Assembly (NCBI GenBank): GCA_026983735.1
Contig: JALSTN010000186.1
Coordinates: 1 to 49,306, forward strand
From: Saprospiraceae bacterium
Lineage (GTDB): Bacteria; Bacteroidota; Bacteroidia; Chitinophagales; Saprospiraceae
Length of the DNA stretch: 49,306 nucleotides
Direction: 5' to 3'
Shown: in pieces, positions 46,737-49,306 of the stretch
How positions within the stretch are numbered: position 1 is the first letter of the stretch
Layout of the letters: each line of letters begins with the position of its first letter
Made by a program: the position numbers and the translations under genes
The notes under the pieces: model-generated
The model's input: only the letters and a program-made list of their open reading frames with translations
What the model was told of the DNA's origin: nothing
Databases searched by the model: none

Positions 46737-48943
46737 ATAGTAAAGAAACCATAGCGTGCAATACCTGCCCGGTGCATCATTCCGGCAATCTAATTCAACT
46801 CGGAATTCAGATGGGAGACTTCGACTACATCGTCGCACTTGCCGGTAATCCGAATACCGGGAAAAGCACTGTTTTCAACAGACTTACAGGACTTAAACAA
46901 CATACCGGAAACTGGCCGGGAAAAACTGTGGGCAGGGCGGAAGGTGGTTTCGTTTATCATGCTCAAAAATTCAAACTAATTGATTTACCGGGAACATACT
47001 CTTTACTTTCCACAAGTGAAGATGAAGAAATTGCGCGAGATTTTATACTATTTGGTAAACCGGATGTCACGGTCATTGTGGTAGATGCCACCAGATTGGA
47101 GCGCAACTTAAACCTAACGCTTCAAATCCTAGAGATTACTCCCAGAGCTGTTCTTTGTGTTAATCTTATCGACGAAGCACGTCGACAAGGCATTGAAGTC
47201 GATACGCGGGCTCTTGCCAGAAAATTAGGGATACCTGTGGTGGCCTGTGCTGCTCGTTCAGGCGAAGGCTTCCCTGAATTACTAGATCGTATACATGAAG
47301 TGGCATCCGGGCAATACCCCACTCGCCCAAAACCACTTTGGACTCCCCCAAAAGAACTTAAAAAGTCTTTAAAACAACTCGAAGCGGCACTTACTCGAAC
47401 ATTCCCAAACTTAAATAATGTACGATGGGTTGCTTTGAGACTCTTAGAAGGGGACCCCTCAATTACTCGATCTGTGAAAGATGGATCCATTCAAAACTTA
47501 ATAGAACAAGAGTCTTCATCATCCTCTTTTCTCGTCGGACAAGAGGTGATTGATTTAAGTAGGAAACTTAGATGGGACATCGGAATTTTTACTCACGATA
47601 TCATACTTGAGGCCATCTACCGTAGAGCTAAAAAAATCGCTTCAGAAGTTGAAATTAGAAAGGGGGAGGATTCACCTACCTCTTGGGACCAACAATTGGA
47701 TAGGATCGTTACTCATCCTCTTTGGGGAAGCTTGATTATGATAGGATTGCTTGCTTTAGTGTTTTGGCTTACTATAGTCGGAGCAAATTATCCTTCCCAG
47801 TGGTTGTCAGACCTCTTGGTCGGAAAGATTCATCCTTGGTTGAAAAGTGCCTTGAGTGACATAGGGGCGCCTTGGTGGCTAACCGGCGTAATAGTTGATG
47901 GGGCTTGGTTAGCAGGTGCTTGGGTTGTGAGTGTAATGCTCCCTCCAATGGCCATCTTCTTCCCATTATTTACTCTATTGGAGGACTTTGGCTATCTCCC
48001 AAGAGTATCCTTTAATATGGATCATTTATTTCGAAAAGTGGGAGCACATGGCAAGCAAGCGCTCACGATGGCTATGGGTTTTGGATGCAATGCTGCAGGT
48101 GTTGTCGCAACTCGAATTATAGACAGCCCAAGAGAACGCTTAGTAGCCATTATCACGAATAACTTTTCACTCTGCAATGGGCGATGGCCAACGCAAATTA
48201 TCATCGCATCTATATTTATTGGTGCATTAGCACCAAAGGGGTGGTCCACTGTATCAACTGCTCTTGCTGTTGTAGGTGTAGCGTTATTAGGCATCTTTTT
48301 CAGTTTTATCGTTTCGTGGGTATTGAGCAAATCTCTTTTGCGCGGGGAAGTCTCTTCCTACGCGTTAGAACTCCCCCCTTACCGACCACCTAACTTTTGG
48401 CAAACGCTATATACCTCTATTATTGACAGAACACTTATTGTCCTTTGGAGAGCAGTTGTATTTGCCATTCCCGCCGGTATTGTGATTTGGGCAGTAAGTA
48501 ATATCCATTGGCAACATGAGCCTTTAGCTCTTCATATTGTACACTTCCTTAATCCAGCGGCTTTAATCTTTGGTTTAAACGGGGTAATTTTTTTAGCCTT
48601 CATAATTGCCATACCTGCTAACGAACTTGTCCTACCTGTCGTATTAATGTTAACTGCACTCCTATTGGGTTTAAATACCGGGCAACAACAAGGGGTATTA
48701 TTTGAACCTGACTCCCAACAAATCATCAGCGATATTCTTCATTCAGGCGGTTGGACATTGCTCACAGCGATCAATCTTATGCTCTTTAGTCTGCTGCACA
48801 ATCCATGCTCCACTACTATTTATACCATTTACAAAGAGACAAAAAGCATCAAATGGACATCTGTCGCTACATTCCTTCCAATATTGATGGGACTAACCAT
48901 TACTTTCATCGTCACTAAATTCTGGAACCTTTTTATCCAATAG
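46733..48943 (+). CDS. feoB: Ferrous iron transporter FeoB
   Basis: G-domain motifs GNPNTGKST and DLPGTYSL, followed by a polytopic membrane domain. 736 aa from the ATG at 46733. An alternative ATG at 46811 would give a canonical N-terminus. Confidence 0.95.
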   Translation: MNSKETIACNTCPVHHSGNLIQLGIQMGDFDYIVALAGNPNTGKSTVFNRLTGLKQHTGNWPGKTVGRAEGGFVYHAQKFKLIDLPGTYSLLSTSEDEEIARDFILFGKPDVTVIVVDATRLERNLNLTLQILEITPRAVLCVNLIDEARRQGIEVDTRALARKLGIPVVACAARSGEGFPELLDRIHEVASGQYPTRPKPLWTPPKELKKSLKQLEAALTRTFPNLNNVRWVALRLLEGDPSITRSVKDGSIQNLIEQESSSSSFLVGQEVIDLSRKLRWDIGIFTHDIILEAIYRRAKKIASEVEIRKGEDSPTSWDQQLDRIVTHPLWGSLIMIGLLALVFWLTIVGANYPSQWLSDLLVGKIHPWLKSALSDIGAPWWLTGVIVDGAWLAGAWVVSVMLPPMAIFFPLFTLLEDFGYLPRVSFNMDHLFRKVGAHGKQALTMAMGFGCNAAGVVATRIIDSPRERLVAIITNNFSLCNGRWPTQIIIASIFIGALAPKGWSTVSTALAVVGVALLGIFFSFIVSWVLSKSLLRGEVSSYALELPPYRPPNFWQTLYTSIIDRTLIVLWRAVVFAIPAGIVIWAVSNIHWQHEPLALHIVHFLNPAALIFGLNGVIFLAFIIAIPANELVLPVVLMLTALLLGLNTGQQQGVLFEPDSQQIISDILHSGGWTLLTAINLMLFSLLHNPCSTTIYTIYKETKSIKWTSVATFLPILMGLTITFIVTKFWNLFIQ

Positions 48944-49306
48944 AAACTACAAACAACTCTGAAGCTATGTGATCGGCAAAAAACTTACCTTTACGTGTAA
49001 GACACCATGATATACCATTATATATCACTAATCCGGATTCCACAAATGATTCAATCCCCTCCTCAAAATGTCGTCTATAAACTGCACCAAACTCATTCAA
49101 ATCCCCTCGGTTTACCCCAACATCCAATCTTAATTTCGTCATTACCATTTCATTAAAGCGGTCTAAAAGGGATAGATGTTCTTCCTCAAAATAGGGCAAT
49201 CCCGCATGAATCTTTCGAATATAAATAGGATTGTTACTCACATTCCACCTTCGCAAATTCTCCCCATTATAAGAATGCGCGCCCGGACCAATCCCCAAAT
49301 AAGGCG
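48933..49306 (-). CDS. hemW: HemN/HemW-family radical-SAM protein, C-terminal part (truncated by the window edge)
   Basis: The frame stays open to the window end. It reads ...PYLGIGPGAHSY...RRWNVSNNPIYI, followed by a HemN_C-like tail. The track start at 49298 is an internal TTG. Confidence 0.65.
   Translation of the reverse strand, partial: PYLGIGPGAHSYNGENLRRWNVSNNPIYIRKIHAGLPYFEEEHLSLLDRFNEMVMTKLRLDVGVNRGDLNEFGAVYRRHFEEGIESFVESGLVIYNGISWCLTRKGKFFADHIASELFVVSIG

Noticed and set aside
47122-48726. Minus-strand ORFs inside feoB (47122-47490, 47772-47966, 48022-48330, 48532-48726).
   Set aside because: They are antisense to a clearly intact feoB, with no supporting signals.
1-49306. A search for mobile elements, prophage genes, toxin-antitoxin pairs, restriction-modification or other defence systems, and CRISPR arrays.
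   Set aside because: Every ORF above 200 aa is either assignable by motif to a housekeeping, envelope or transport family or has no motif I could name. I saw no transposase/integrase signatures, terminal inverted repeats or spaced short repeats.

Overview
The window reads as Bacteroidota chromosomal DNA of roughly 40% GC. Three things support that: type A and type B T9SS C-terminal sorting domains, a porT gene, and recurrent TAnnTTTG -7 promoter boxes with no Shine-Dalgarno sequences. Most of it is core housekeeping: engB, smc, sucD, tRNA-Arg(CCT), rbfA, recG, ubiE-porT, a thiolase, a TamB-like giant, gyrB, rplS, feoB and a partial hemW. I recognised no transposase, integrase, phage gene, CRISPR array or known defence gene. 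Four loci deserve a second look. (1) At 45.0-48.9 kb, a canonical DtxR/MntR repressor is followed 1 nt later by a paralogue carrying an N-terminal TM helix and two FeoA domains, whose stop overlaps the feoB ATG. (2) At 18.8-25.5 kb, a tightly packed minus-strand operon encodes a YfhO-like protein, a GT4, a D-glucuronyl C5-epimerase-like protein and an AsnB-like amidotransferase. (3) At 6538-6817, a 2 x 140 bp tandem duplication of the promoter and start-codon region sits ahead of an OmpA-family gene. (4) Two genes, smc and the AI-2E transporter, have TATCTTTG-N4-ATG arrangements that suggest leaderless mRNAs. All family calls come from motifs read by eye in the translations; no database search was run.
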